From Selaginella moellendorffii (taxonomy: Eukaryota > Plantae > Lycopodiophyta), in assembly GCF_000143415.4 (NCBI RefSeq), contig NW_003314293.1, positions 960,062-1,024,061 of the forward strand: 64,000 nucleotides of DNA, written 5' to 3'. Of this stretch, positions 15,325-28,236 are shown one piece after another. The notes beneath the pieces are model-generated. The model did not search any database and was not told where the DNA came from. It saw only the letters and a list, made by a program, of their open reading frames with translations. The translations under genes were made by a program, and so were the position numbers. Position 1 is the stretch's first letter, and every line of letters begins with the position of its first letter.

Positions 15325-16069
15325 ACAATTGATAATTGTTGGTATAGCCTTTATATTTTAGAGTCACTAGTGGTGGTATATCTTTGTCTAGTTATAAATT
15401 TTCTACTATTGAGTTATCTTCAATTTTTGTTGTAGTTGTGCAGCTTGATTTGCTGACTTGTGTACTCCCAAAAACTCTTATTGAGGATTCACTGCAAAAA
15501 TATACTTTGGTCTTTTCATATGGGAGGATTACAATATAGGCAGAAAATATAGTTTTTTATATGAATTAATATATAAATTACAATTGTCATAGATTTCTTG
15601 GTGTTTTCTGCTATATTGTTCATTTCTTCATTTTTCTTTCTCGAAACTGTTATTTTAAAAGTAACAAGAGCATTGTTATCAATGGTGACAATGGTTTCCA
15701 CATTCCTAAATGGATAATAAAAACCAAAAGTGAAGAGGTGTGGATACTCCTCTTCGCTGGAAATCTATTGTTAGTAAGAAAACAAAAGAGAAAAGGGCCT
15801 GATCTCCAAAGGCTAAGAAGAAGGATAAGTGAAAGAATGTTATGTATTGATAAGAAAATGATGGAATGGAGATAGGGATCCGAGCCCTTGAAAGGATGGC
15901 AGTTCTAACTACTAGCATATGCTAATGAATAGTATATGCTGTGCATGATCTAATTGATATCTCTGATGCAGCCCTAGGTTCAAGGTCGGAGTCCCTTGAG
16001 CCTGGGTTTTTGGTTGATACACTCTGCTCCCCTAACAGAACTAGACACTGTCCTTAGTGCGAACATAGT

Positions 16070-18700
16070 CAGTTTCCCTCACTTGTTGTGCTGCTGCTCA
16101 AGTCGATAAAGGCGACACTTTTGCTGCGGGAATGTAAGCTCGTAGTTGGGGACACTGTCTGGTGGATCTGTCCCATCTTCCTGGAGGTCAGCTACCTCAG
16201 CCAAGAGGGTGGTATGATCATCCTTGAGCTTCTAGTAGCGGGTGTTGAGCTCTTCGTATTTGAATTTGTAGGTGAATTTGTGAGCTGCTGATGGGGTTGA
16301 TGGCTGCTTGGAGACGATCTTCCTGATGTCCCGGAGGTCGGTGCAGATCTGCTTCATCTCTTCGAGCTGAGTATCGAGCCAATGGTTTAAAGGCTTATAG
16401 AACTCCTTCTTGATCGCTCCCCGGGTGTATATGAAGGAGTCTTGCTTGAGAAGATGCTGTGCGATGTCGGCTGGTGTTGGGAAGTGGTTTGCTTGCTCGC
16501 GGTGCATGTGTTGATTGAGGCTTCAAACAACTTGCAGGTGTAGTAGCTTGGGTCGCGGAGTTTATCTTCGTACTCCTTCCTGATCTCATCATAATCATGG
16601 CGTACCTGACTCTGTGGCTGAGGCATGGCTGCTGCTCCTGCTCCTGCTCCATGATCCTGGTGTTTCTCGCTAGGGTTCGCTGTGTTCTTGGTCTTGGCTG
16701 GAGGCTGAATTTGCTTCGTTGGATGTGGGTGACGTGGTCGGGCCGGATTTTTTGAGGTGGTTGGAGATGAGCTTTTCAATTTGATGGTGGATGAATGGCC
16801 CAGATGTGGTGCTGAATATAATTTATCCGTTGGGAAATTTTCCGCTTGAAATTTTGTTGAAGGGGCAGAAGTTTTGTTAATGCTGGTCGTGGCATTTACT
16901 GGAGGAGGCATGGTTGTGTGTTCTTCAAGTGATTGGCAAAGGTAGTCGATGTTTTCTTTTGTAGAACGTGTCGAGGAGGTTGGGGCGGTGAGAATGTTGT
17001 TCTGAGCTGGTGGAGAAACTGAGTGCTGGGTGAGCAGCTGACGTTTTCCTTTGGAGATGTTGAGATGTTTGTGAGAAGTTGTCAGTTTTGGAGCTGATTC
17101 AAGTGGATGCTGGCTCTGGTGTGAGTGTGGAAGCTGGTGTGAGTTGTTTTCATTGTCGCTGATGATGAGGTGCTCTCGGATCAGCAATTTTGGAGCTGGA
17201 TTTGCTGGTGTTTTGTCTGTGAGGCGGCGGCGAAGTGGAGTTGAATCATTGGAGGGTGTGTTGCTGGAGCTGGTGTTGTTGGAGTGAGTTGAGCCTGATT
17301 GTTGAGATGCTGGCTTCGGTTTCTTGCTGGGAGTTGCTCCTTCTGATTCTTACTGTTCTTCAGAGCTGTTGCTTTGTTCTGCAGAGTTCGTTTGGGTTGT
17401 CCACGGTTGCTTGTTGGGAAGAGCTTGGTGTAGAGCGATCAGCAGTGGGAATATTACTGTCTGCATGGTCTTCTTGTTGAGTGTGGCGAGGATGGCGTGT
17501 CGAGAAGCTTGAGAAGGAGCTTGTGGAGATGATGAGCCATGTCTGGTGTGAGTTGTCTTCATTGTCGCTGATGACGAGGTGCTCTCGGATCAGCGATTTT
17601 GGAGCTGGATTCACTGGTGTTTTGTCTGTGAGGTGGCGGCGAAGTGGAGTTGAATTGTTGGAGGGTGTGTTGCTGGAGCTGGTGCTGTTGAATCGAGTAG
17701 AGCTCCGTAGACTTCTGCTGTGTGCTTGCCGATGGTGCGATTTGTTGGGCAAAGTTCATAGTAGAGGAGGAGGGCTTTGAGGCGATCCAAATGCTGCTCC
17801 TCAATGTCCTCCCATGTGAGCTCACTGGTAATCTCTCGATTGGCCTTGATGACTGTGGAACTTCTCCTGAGAATTTGAGCAGTCCCTTGTTGGAGATTTT
17901 GAAAACGGAGGCGATTTTTGCTGGGCTGAGGGTGATCTCGTTGGTGCTGTCGGTTATGGTGCTGAAGTTGAAGGGTTGAAGGAGGCGGCCAGCTTCCTCG
18001 CCAGTTTTTGGTCAAGGTGTGTTGAAAAAGCCTTGTGGAGGAGCTCGAATCCATGGTCCTTGAGCCAGGTGGTTGTGTTGTTGTTGGGAAGCCTAGGAAT
18101 ATGGTGTATGATGTATCTGAGGCACCGGGGTGGATGAGCTGGCATCTTTCTCTTCATTTTCTGTGAGGGTTCTTGAGACCTGTAACTGTTGGTTGGCTGA
18201 TTGTGTGGCGCTCGATTGCTGGTGATGAACAGTAGAGATTTGTTGACCGAATTGATGTGGTTTGACTTGGCTTGATTGCAGATCAATGGTGGATATTGCT
18301 GATGAAGTTAACTCAACTTCAACTGTTGATATTTGCTCAGGTGGCGTTGATCCAACGGTAGCTTGGGACTTAGAGATTTTCGCTACTGTTTGTTGCTGAA
18401 GTTGGTGGATGAGTTTGTGTTGAGTCAAGTTGAGTTGTGTCAAACTGATTTGAGTTAAACTTTGTCTGCCAGGGTGATTGTCGATTGTTGGTTTTGTGAT
18501 GTTTGTCGGTTTGGGTTGGAAATTTGCTGAGGTGCTGATGCTGAACATGTCGACGTGATATGGTCGAAGCTTGTTGAGGTTGACGATCTTAGTGAAGTCT
18601 TCTGCAAGTGTGCTAACTTTGGTAGTGCCGTTGGGGTATAGTTCAATGATTTTGAAAGGTCCTTGCCAGTTGGTATGGAGTTTTCGGCCAAGTTTGCCAA
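16070..18700 (-). pseudogene. Extra 3' ORF(s) of element C, between integrase and the 3' LTR (low-complexity plus coiled-coil; function unknown)
   Basis: Sense-strand ORFs 16387-17187, 16232-16507, 17360-17752 and 18093-18548, broken by frameshifts and stops. Internal duplication ~17140-17290 / ~17550-17690. Confidence 0.55.
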
Positions 18701-18749
18701 TGGGTCCTCGGTACCAGAGAACATGATCGTCGATGCTGTATTTTAGAAT

Positions 18750-21700
18750 GTTGTGCTGGGATGCTTGTCGGTCATGTCGAGCTTTTCTCTTTTGGATGGC
18801 ATGAAGTGTCCAGAGGGCGTGGAGTCAGAGTTCGTTGAGACGTTCGAGTTGCTGAAGCCTTTCTCGAATTGCATGTCAATTGTCGAGATTATACTTGATG
18901 GTGACTTGCATGCTTAGGATGATGAATTCAATTGGTGTGATGGCTTCTATTCTGAAGGCAAGTTTGAATGGTGTCATATCAGTGGTGACTTTATATGCAG
19001 TTCGATAGGCCCCAAAGTACATTGAGAAGTTTGTCGTCCCAGTCTTTGCCAGAATCATTGATGACTTTTTTGAGGATGGTCTTCAGTGTTTTGTTCGTTG
19101 CTTCTACTTGACCATTGCCTTAAGGATAGTATGGTGTTGACGTTTTGTGTTGGGTTTTGAACTTGGTGGCAAGATGTTCGATCATTTCATTGATGAAGTG
19201 GGTGCCTCTGTTGGTGACAAGTTCGAGTGGTGTGCCGAAACGAGTGATGATATTTTCATAGATGAAGGTTGCTGTTGCTTTCACTATGGCATGTCGGAGA
19301 GGTATTGCTTTGGCCCACTTGGTAGTGTAATCTGTGGCGATGATGATGTACTGATTTCGTCAACAGGTGCTGACTTGGGGTTTGACAAAGTCGAGTCCCC
19401 ATTTCTGAAATGGTGCCATTGGGAATGTTGGGTTGAGTTGTTGAGTCTGAGTTTTCAGCGGTAATCAGTGTCATTGACATGTGTCACAGCGTTTGCAGAA
19501 TTCTTTGGTATCGTGCAAGAGTGTCAGCTACCAGAGGCTGGCTTGAAGAATCTTCCAAGTTGTGGTGTCGGCGGCAAAATGTCTGCCGGAAGGTCCAGTG
19601 TGAGCTTCCTTGATGATTTGAGTTGTGCTTGGCAGCTTGATGCATTGGCAAAGAATGTTGTCGATGCCAAGTTTGTAGAGAGTGCCTCCGATGACTGAGT
19701 ATTGGTGGGTTTTAGTGACAAAAGTCTTCTTTTGGTCAGACGTGGTATACTGATCTGGAACTTTTGCTGAGTTCAGGTAACTGAAGACATCGTCGAGCCA
19801 GGTTGCCGGTATGGAAACTTGGAATAGGTTTGAGTCAGGTAAGTCGTCAGTGAGTCTTTCAGGTTTGTTGCCAGTGGTGATCCATCTGATATAGTCTGCT
19901 TGCTCATGATTTTTGCCGGGTTTGTGGACGATCTCGAAGTTGTATTCTTGTAGTAAAAGGAACCATCTTGATATTCGACCAGATAGTATTGGCTTTTTGA
20001 TGAGGTAAAGGAGTGCCTTGTGGTTGACGAAAGGGACGACTTTGGTTGACAGTATGTAGTGTCAGAACTTCTGAAGAGAGTAGATCATGCTAAGAGCTTC
20101 TTTCTCATTGGTGGTGTAATTTCATTCAGCTGGGTTGAGTAGTTGGCTGGTGTAGTAGATCGGTTGATCTCAGTTGTCGTGTTGAGTTTGGCTGAGAATT
20201 GTCTCAGTGGCGACGTCAAAAGTATCAACATGAATGTGGAACTCTTGTGTCCAGTCGGGCTTGGCAAGGATTGGTGCTGTTGTGAGTTTGAGTCAGAGAG
20301 TGTCGAATGCTTGTTGCTGTTCAGACGTCCATGTCCATTGGGCATCTTGCTTCAGAATGTCAGTGAGTGGTTTGGCAATGTGAGCGTACTTGTGGATGAA
20401 GCATCGGTGATATCTGACTTTGCCAAGGAAGCGTTGAAGTTCTTTCTGATTCTTCGGCGGTTCCAGTTTGGAGATGACGTCAATTTTGTCCTTATTGATG
20501 AGAATGCCGTCTTTGCAAACAACGTGGCTGAGAAGTACTCCAGATTTGACGAAGAAAGTGCATTTGTCAGGGTTGAGTGCTATGTTGTTCTCCTCACACA
20601 AGACTAAATGCTGTCTTGTGTAGATTTTCTTCGGCAATGTGAATTTGGTTGTAGCCAGAGAAACCATCGAGGAAGGAGTACATCTCATGTCCTGCGACTG
20701 CGTCAAGAACTTCATCAGTAAATGGTATCGGGAAGACATATTTTTTGGTGGCGTCGTTGAGCTGTTTATAGTTAACGCAAATTCAAAGTTTGCCATTTTT
20801 CTTTGGCACAACCACCAGTGGGGAAAGCTAGATCAGATTCTGAATTGGGTAGATGTACTTGACTTGGAAAAGCTTGTTGAGTTCTTTCTTTACTTGTTCC
20901 ATCAGATTCGGATTCATCCAGTAGGCCACTTGTCTTCTTGGTTTTGTGTCTGGAAGAAGGGTGATGGTGTGAAGGCTGAGTTTTGGCAAAACTCCCTTAT
21001 GGTCTCGGTAACTCCAAGTGAACAAGTGTTTCTTCTTTCAGAGAAGTTTGATGCCTTTGTCTCGAAAACTTGCCAAGATGTCAATGGCGAGTACAATGTA
21101 GTGTTCGTTGCCGTCATCGGTGAGGCTGACTTTTTCGAGTTTTTGGTCGGCTGGAATTGACAGAATGTAGGCGACTTTGTTGTGGTTGTCAACTGTGAAT
21201 GCTGGTGGCGCTTCAAGTTTTGTATCTCGAATGACTGGATTTTTTAGTGCTGATGTAATTGGTGGTCGTTCTCGTTGGAAGTCGGCAACAATTCGGAATA
21301 GGTCAATCTCAGCCAAAGGTTCAAGATCGGGGTAGGCTTTGAGGATTTGTTGTTCTTCATAGTCGTTGAGACCATCTTTGAGATTATATTCTTCCAAGTC
21401 AATAGGTCGGTTGTGGCTGGACAGTGATTTGGTCGCTTTTGTCGACACGGTTGGCAATCCGTCCGGTCCTCGAAGGATAAGATTGTCATTGGGCCAGTCT
21501 TGATAAACTTGGGCAGTTCGGAGCCAAGGTCGACCAAGGAGAATCAAGTATCCGTCAGTCTGCTCCGGTAGTTTGAGGATGACATAGTTGACTGGTATTT
21601 TGACACCTTGAATGGTGGTGTTGACTTTTTGGATGATGCCTTTGGGTTGAACAGATCGGTGGTCAGCCATTTGGACATTGAAAGGTGCCGGGTGGACTGG

Positions 21701-21925
21701 GCCGATGTTGAGTTGTTGAACAAGACTTTCTTCAATAATATTGACATTGGAGCCACCATCAATTATGGCTCTTTGAACAAGGTGTTTGTCGAGTCGTAGG
21801 TCGATTGTTGGAACATCATTTTCGCAATGGCCTGGTTGAATCTCGGTTCGAAATGTGTCAACAGCTGTCCATGTTGGGTTGAGTTTGGGCGAGTCTGTCA
21901 GAGTGTTGGTTGGTGCAGATGTCAT
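18750..21925 (-). pseudogene. pol of element C (aspartic protease, RT, RNase H, integrase), with frameshifts and an internal RT deletion
   Basis: AIIDGGSNVNII (protease); LNPDKCTF...LSHVV and ELQRFLG (RT); H...H...C..C zinc finger near 19480-19600; AYRTAYKVTTDMTPFKLAF (integrase). Confidence 0.9.
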
Positions 21926-21929
21926 ATTG

Positions 21930-24920
21930 GTGAGCTGTTTGATGCTTTGGTTGACTTCGGTTCTGGAAGCAACATTATCTCTCTTGAAGCTGCCCTTTTA
22001 GCACAGCTACAGGTCACTGAGAGCTCCTCCATCGTGCTCAAAACCTTCACCAACCACACCGTTCCTCCAGCGGGCATTTGCTGTGGTGTCAAGGTCTCAG
22101 TATAGGGTGTTATTTCTGAAGTGGATTTCCTAGTGGTTGACTACAAACGTCTTGGAACGTCCTCTTTGAAGGACTCTATCATCCTTGGCCGTTCATGGCA
22201 AGTCATAGCCCATTGCACCATTGACAGCGCACAAGGCAAGATGGAAATTAGCGATGGAACCCACAGTGCCACCTTTCTCAACAACCACGGCAGAGCTCTT
22301 TCTCAACAAGCCTAACAGGCTCAGACTAAGATGGCCTCCACACAATACTTTCCTCCTGAGCTCACAGAGGTTTTTCCTAAGTTGGCGGTGGCATCGACCA
22401 TCTATATGACAGATGCTTTCTCATGCAATGTGATTGACATGGTTGGAGGTGAGTCAGGTAGCCCGAGACATCTCTCAGCTTCACTCTCTTTATTTGAGAG
22501 TAAGGCCGAGACTCTAGACAGGCCCTCTTTATTTGATGACGGGGCTTATAAAGTACGGGCTCCCATATCCAGAGTGTTTCTTTATAGAGGAAGGGCTCCT
22601 CAATTCGTTTTTTGCATGGGACTAACTCTCTCTTATGGAGCTTGATGACACAGTCACCCTAGACCAAGTCCATCTTTTGCAGGACACAGCCGAACTCAAT
22701 CCTCCTCAGCAACTATCTGAGGTGTCGCACAGCCAACATCTTCCTACTGAAATCGCAGTAGCTGATGACTCCAAGCATATTTTGTCATGCCGTTTTTTGG
22801 AGACGAAGGATGACATCCAGACCCACAACAGGCAAAAAGAATCAAGCCAATTGGACGTGCTGCATGCACGTTATAGCTCTTTGAGTTTAGAACTTCCTAC
22901 TGTAGAGCCCCCGGTATTCCAACCACCAGAACGATTTTGTCCCTTTCATGCTGGAGCCTGTATCCATTCCCATGTCTGTTTTACTGTGCTAACCTTTCTT
23001 TTACAGTGATCGGTTCATAGTCCTCATACTTTATCTTGGATTGTGACCATCCAAGTGTTCCAACCAACTTTTCACATGCGGCAGAAGTGTGTGATGCATC
23101 TTCTCTAGCAGCTGCAGGTCAAGCACGTGAAGAGCAGTAGCTATTATCCTGAGTGCAATGGCCAGGCAGAGTCCAGCAATAAGATATTGAAGACAGTCAT
23201 CTCAAAGTTTGTGGAGGATCACCCAAGGCGTTGGCACGAACACTTGGTTACGGCATTGTGGGCCTTTCGGTCATCCTTCAAGACAGCCATCTCTGCAACC
23301 CCATTCTCCCTTGTCTATGGGACAGAGGCCATGCTTCCAATGGAGATACAAGTGCCATCACTCCCACTTTAATTCGATATGCAGCAGCGATGTAGCTTAG
23401 TGATGAGGACAAGCTTCATGCACGTGAATTGGAGGTTCTTGCCTTGGAGGAACAGTGACGATCCACGACTGAACATCTCCTTCGAGGCAAGCAGAAGATC
23501 AAGTCAGTCATCGATTACCAACAGTTTGCCGAACCATTCGAGGATGGCAATCTCGTTCTACTTATGGAGTTTACGCCACTTTCGAAGTTCTCCCCTCATT
23601 GGACCGGCCCCTACTTTGTCCAGCGACACATTGGAGGCGGAACATATGTGCTAGTTGATGCTGATGGACATGAGCTCCCACACGCTCACAACCACTCTCA
23701 TCTCAAACGCTTCATCCGGTGAGGCGTTCCTTTTCTCTTCTTTTTTCTTTTTCTTTTTCTTCCTTTCTTTCACTTTACTTTCATGGCTACTTTTCTTATT
23801 TTCAGAGGGTGTTTCTCCATTGGACCATGGCCTATGACCTGGATTTCATGCTCAGGCTGCATTGCCATTTGTATGGAAGTTCCTCACTTGGCTCGGTCTA
23901 TGTTCCAGGTTCTTTGGCCCTTCCCTTACCATTACTACACCCTACACATTCCCCTCACTCATTCCATATCATCTACACTCACAATTCCATCACTAATCAC
24001 TTCCAGCAACGTTGCCCACGCTTATCTCTAGATGCCCGTATTGCATCTTTCATTCTTTCACCATCATTCACACATTTGCCGACAACGCACTAGCTTTTCT
24101 GGAGCAACTTTCTTCCAACCAGGTGAACCTGTTCACTCAAGGCACCTAGGTGGATCTTTAGGCGAGGCCACAGAAGCCGACGCCACTTTCTTTTGCTCCA
24201 GCACTCAGTGGACACATGCCACCTCTCTTTACCGGCAACCTAGTGACTATGACATCCTTTTCAGCTACTGACTTCTTCAGTCCGACATATCAGACTGGCC
24301 ACCTTCTCAGAGTGCTACCCCATCTCAGCGCTCCACCATATCACTCCACCATATCAGTATTGGAGCAAGCGCATGAGTAGGAGAGAGTAGGTGGTTACCG
24401 GTTACAGGTTACAAGTCCCCGGTTACCGGTTACTAGTTACTGGTTACCGGTTACCGACTACTCCGAGTGGTCAGTGTTTACTCTACAGGCCAATGGTTAT
24501 CAATGGCCACCTTTTTAGGGTGCCACCACCATCTCGGCGCTCCATCATATCACTCTATCTTTCATCATCTCCACACTTACCACCCTTGGGCAATGCATCC
24601 CCTCTTCTATCTCTCTTTTTTTCTCGATTTCGACCAATCCTTGGAGCATACAAGAATTCATCAAAAGGCTGCATTTGCATATTACACTTTCCTGAGCCGA
24701 AATCCAGGTATGGGTTAAGTTCTTTGGGTACTCATACTCTTTTTCCTCTATTTTCCTCCTCTTTTTACACTTTTTATACACTTTTCTTCAACTTCAGGGT
24801 CCAGTTTGACTACAGAGTTTCCCACCGGGTTTTCCTCCATGTCTCCAAACTTCACACCTACCTCTTTTCTTTCTTTTCCACTTTGTTTCCTAGAGTTTCC
24901 ACTATTTCACGTAGCTACCA
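21930..24920 (+). mobile_element. Nested, inverted, 5'-truncated Gypsy fragment (element D): protease and integrase remnants, putative 3' LTR 24392-24920
   Basis: DALVDFGSGSNII (protease remnant); SSYYPECNGQAESSNKIL...TPFSLVYGTEAMLP (integrase, 23127-23372). A purine tract AGGAGAGAGTAGG precedes TGGT...ACCA. Confidence 0.7.
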
Positions 24921-25800
24921 GCACTTGGCATCGGTAGCAGAGGTACACTCTACACTCTTCGAAGGGTTCTCGCACGTTTGGAGCCAGTGCGATCCACCGT
25001 GGTCGCATGTTAGGGCGTGGCCACCAAGAGAGTGAGAGAGAGAGAGAAGGAATATTCTAGTCCTCAGAATATTCCCCATCTTCCTTGTATAAAACCCTTG
25101 CCTCACAAGGGCAAAGAGGGGGGGCATTTTGCAAAGAGCATTGAAACATTTCTCATGTTTGAGCGTGCATTGGGGGAGGCACCCCTCCTTCCCCCAACAT
25201 TGTTTGGCAGCTCGGTGTGAGTTGTCGACTTGTTTGTCGAGTGCTTGCCTATTGGATGATTCGGGTTGGTCGTCTTTACCACTGTTGATTGGGTATGTCG
25301 GAGTGTGACTGTAGTGGGTGAAGTCAAGTTGTTGTCTTGTTGGCGCGTTGAAGTTGAAAGCGTGTTTGAAAGGTCTTGTTGATAGCGGGCTTTGGTAGAT
25401 GTTGGAAGCAAATGTGGGATATATTGGTGTTGTGATGATCAATCGGTATGGTGAAAATGGTGCCGGTCTGGTGAAGTCTGTGAAGCCGGGCGGGAACTTG
25501 GTCGTTCGTCGTCACTGTAGATGGGGTTGGTGAATGTACCTTTGAAGTGGCTGCTTGAAAAATGTTTTCTTGCTCAGGCGTAATCTGTGTCAACTGCTCG
25601 AATGTTTGGTTAGGCTTGGGCACTTCGGTGGGTGCTGTCGAGGGTGTTGGTTCAGGCTCAGGCACTTCGGTGGGTGCCATCAAGGGTGCTACCGGTGGTG
25701 TGTCCGGTGGTGTCGTGTAGTTGTCGTATTCTTTGCAAATGTCTAAGACTAGTTCGTCGGAGTTAGCTCGTGGTAACAATTCGTGTCAGATGTAATTCTC
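24921..25800 (-). pseudogene. gag N-terminal remnant of element C, interrupted by element D
   Basis: Sense-strand Pro/Thr-rich ORFs 25324-25779 and 24915-25442 at the gag position. No diagnostic motif recognised with certainty. Confidence 0.5.
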
Positions 25801-27808
25801 TCTCTTGGAGGGTCTGATAACTTGATTCAACTTCTCTTGGTCTTTCTTTCTCTTTGTTTCTAAATTCTTCAAATCTCTATCTAAACGTCAGATAAGCCAT
25901 TTTTGGTCTTCTTCCGACTTCTTGGTTTTGGATACATGTATTCTTCTACTTGTTGTCAGTTTCAGATTTGCGTCCGCAGTCGGTCATGCAGTTCGGGCAG
26001 AACTTTGGGAAGACTGTCGGTGGGCCAATTGTCAATAAAGTCGTTGTGAGCTTGTTCTTTCTTTTCGGTCCAAATATCGACGGTGGTGCGTGTTGGGTTG
26101 GGTTGTGTTCAGTCGAGTTGTGTTGGGTCGAGTGTGCTGGTGCAGTATGTAGACTGGTCATCCACTTGCTGGTGCCAAGATGGAGTTCGATGAAGAGTTT
26201 TGGATACTCATGTTTGTCAGAAATAATTTCTTCAATAATGTCGTCAAGTTGTTCGAGTCCAGATTGAGCAATGGCATGATTGGTGAGAGTTGATGTAGTG
26301 AACGTGTTGATTTTGAACCAAGGTCAGACTGTCGTTTCGGTGCTGAGCTGCTGACTCTGTCGGAGGGGTTGTTGAAAAATCGGTGGTGCGTTCTCAAGTT
26401 GTCCCTTGACGAGCTCTCTGATACCAGGTAACAGAGTGATGGGTTCATCGTTGGTGTAGGTTCTGACGATGTGCTGCGGTATTGGGAGTGGGTGTGGGAA
26501 CTGGACTCGTTTTGGAGCGCTAGGATTGCCGGGTCAATGACTGCGCGGAAGAGGGGTTTGTTTCGGCAGTGGTGTCAGTTCGTGTCGAGTGTGCTGGTTG
26601 AGTTCTCGAGCTTGGAGTGTGTGGTCTTGTGCTTAGAAATGGAGTTCGCCAATGAAGTGGCCGAGGGCATCTGCTGATGAAAGTGTTGGTCAACTGGAGT
26701 TTCTTATCGAAAAGGGTTGTTGGTGTTCTTCGTCGGTGATGGGACTCAGAGATCTTGAGAGAGAGCTTTCAGATTTTTCAAAGATCTCCTCTAGAAAGCA
26801 TCTGTCTGTACTGTGTTGGGCAGCGATTGCTTGGATGCCATTGATCCATGTTGGTGGTGGCATTTACTTGTTGAATTTGGGCAAATTTACGAATTTGGGC
26901 GTAATTTGAGTGAATTTGGGCGAGGTGGGTAGATTCGTAATCTTTCGAGCTATCTGTGCACAGAGAATGGAGAAAGAACTGAAGAATTTGTGAACCTGAA
27001 GGGGAATTCAGAGGCCATGGTCGCCAAATGAAGAGGTGTGGATACTCCTCTTCACTGGAAATCTATTGTTAGTAAGAAAACAAAAGAAAAAAGGGCCTAA
27101 TTTCCAAGGGCTAAGAAGAAGGATGAGTGAAAGAATGCTGTGTATTGATAAAAAAAATGATGGAATGGAGATAGGGATCCACAACTCAAATCCCCCCCCT
27201 TGAAAGGCTGGCGGTTCTAACTGCCAGCATATGCTAATGAATGGTATATGCTGTGCATGATCTAATTGATATCTCTAATGCAGCTCTGAGTTCAAGGTTG
27301 GAGTCCCCTGAGCTTGGGTTTTTGGTTGATACAAAGAGTATTATATAGAGATTGTGATAGTGAAACAAAATTAACATTATCACATTCCTTTGCACTACAA
27401 CTCTTAATCATAGATCTTTTATTTTCCTTTTCTCAAGAACCCTAAAAAAATCTTTTAAATGAAGGATGTATAATTGTAAAAGTAGTCAAATCAAAATATG
27501 ACAGCTGTAACAGTAGTCATAGTAAAATAATATTCTTGTGAACTTTATCTTTTTCAAATGACTCAATCTAATAGAAACTTTTAACTCAGATATTTATATA
27601 TTTCAATATTTTGCTAGAACCTTCATTTCTTCAATTTAGATTTACTTTGTAAAACTTCTAGTTAACTGTGTTGACTTGAGTTGACTTGTGCTGAGTTGAG
27701 CTTAACTCGTGAGCTCAACTCAACTTTAGACCATCCCTAAATGGCATAAACAAGCTTGACTAATGCATGAAGCTATTCTAAATGCATTACCAATTGCTTT
27801 CGACATGT

Positions 27809-27917
27809 CTCCAAATGCAAGGTATTTCAAAGTAATAACTACTTGCTTTGAAATAGACAAGCTCCAGATGCAAAGTATTTCAAAGCAATAGCTACTTGCT
27901 TTGAAATAGACAAGCTC
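27809..27917. repeat. Two tandem 53-bp units, each containing a hairpin
   Basis: TATTTCAAAG(T/C)AA-n7-TTGCTTTGAAATA, repeated with period 53. Confidence 0.8.
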
Positions 27918-28236
27918 ATCAAAAAGAAAAGTGAATATAACAATTGAAACAATTTATGGATTTATATAGAGAACCTCAAATTCTGTTCAATCTCACCTTG
28001 ATGTAATATGCACCAATCAATAGCTGTAGAAGCCTTGACAAATGACAACCAACACACTCAATGAGATGAGAAAGGAGGATGAATGCCACACAAACAGTTA
28101 TGATGAGTTTGAGCTAGGCTGTAAGTTAACAAGAGGAACACACCTGTTTGGATCTTATATGTACATAGAATCTCAAAATCTTAAATGTACAAAATGTGTA
28201 TAATTCTTGATGGATAGACAGACTTCACCAATGCTT

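Larger units (their letters stand above)
15731..27333 (-). mobile_element. Ty3/Gypsy LTR retrotransposon, non-chromoviral (Athila/Selgy-like), decayed (element C); LTRs 15731-16021 and 27029-27333
   Basis: Paired TG...CA LTRs, PBS TGGCGACCATGGCC on the minus strand next to 27029, PPT next to 16021, TSD AAAAG/AAGAG, and PR-RT-RH-INT order on the minus strand. Confidence 0.9.
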
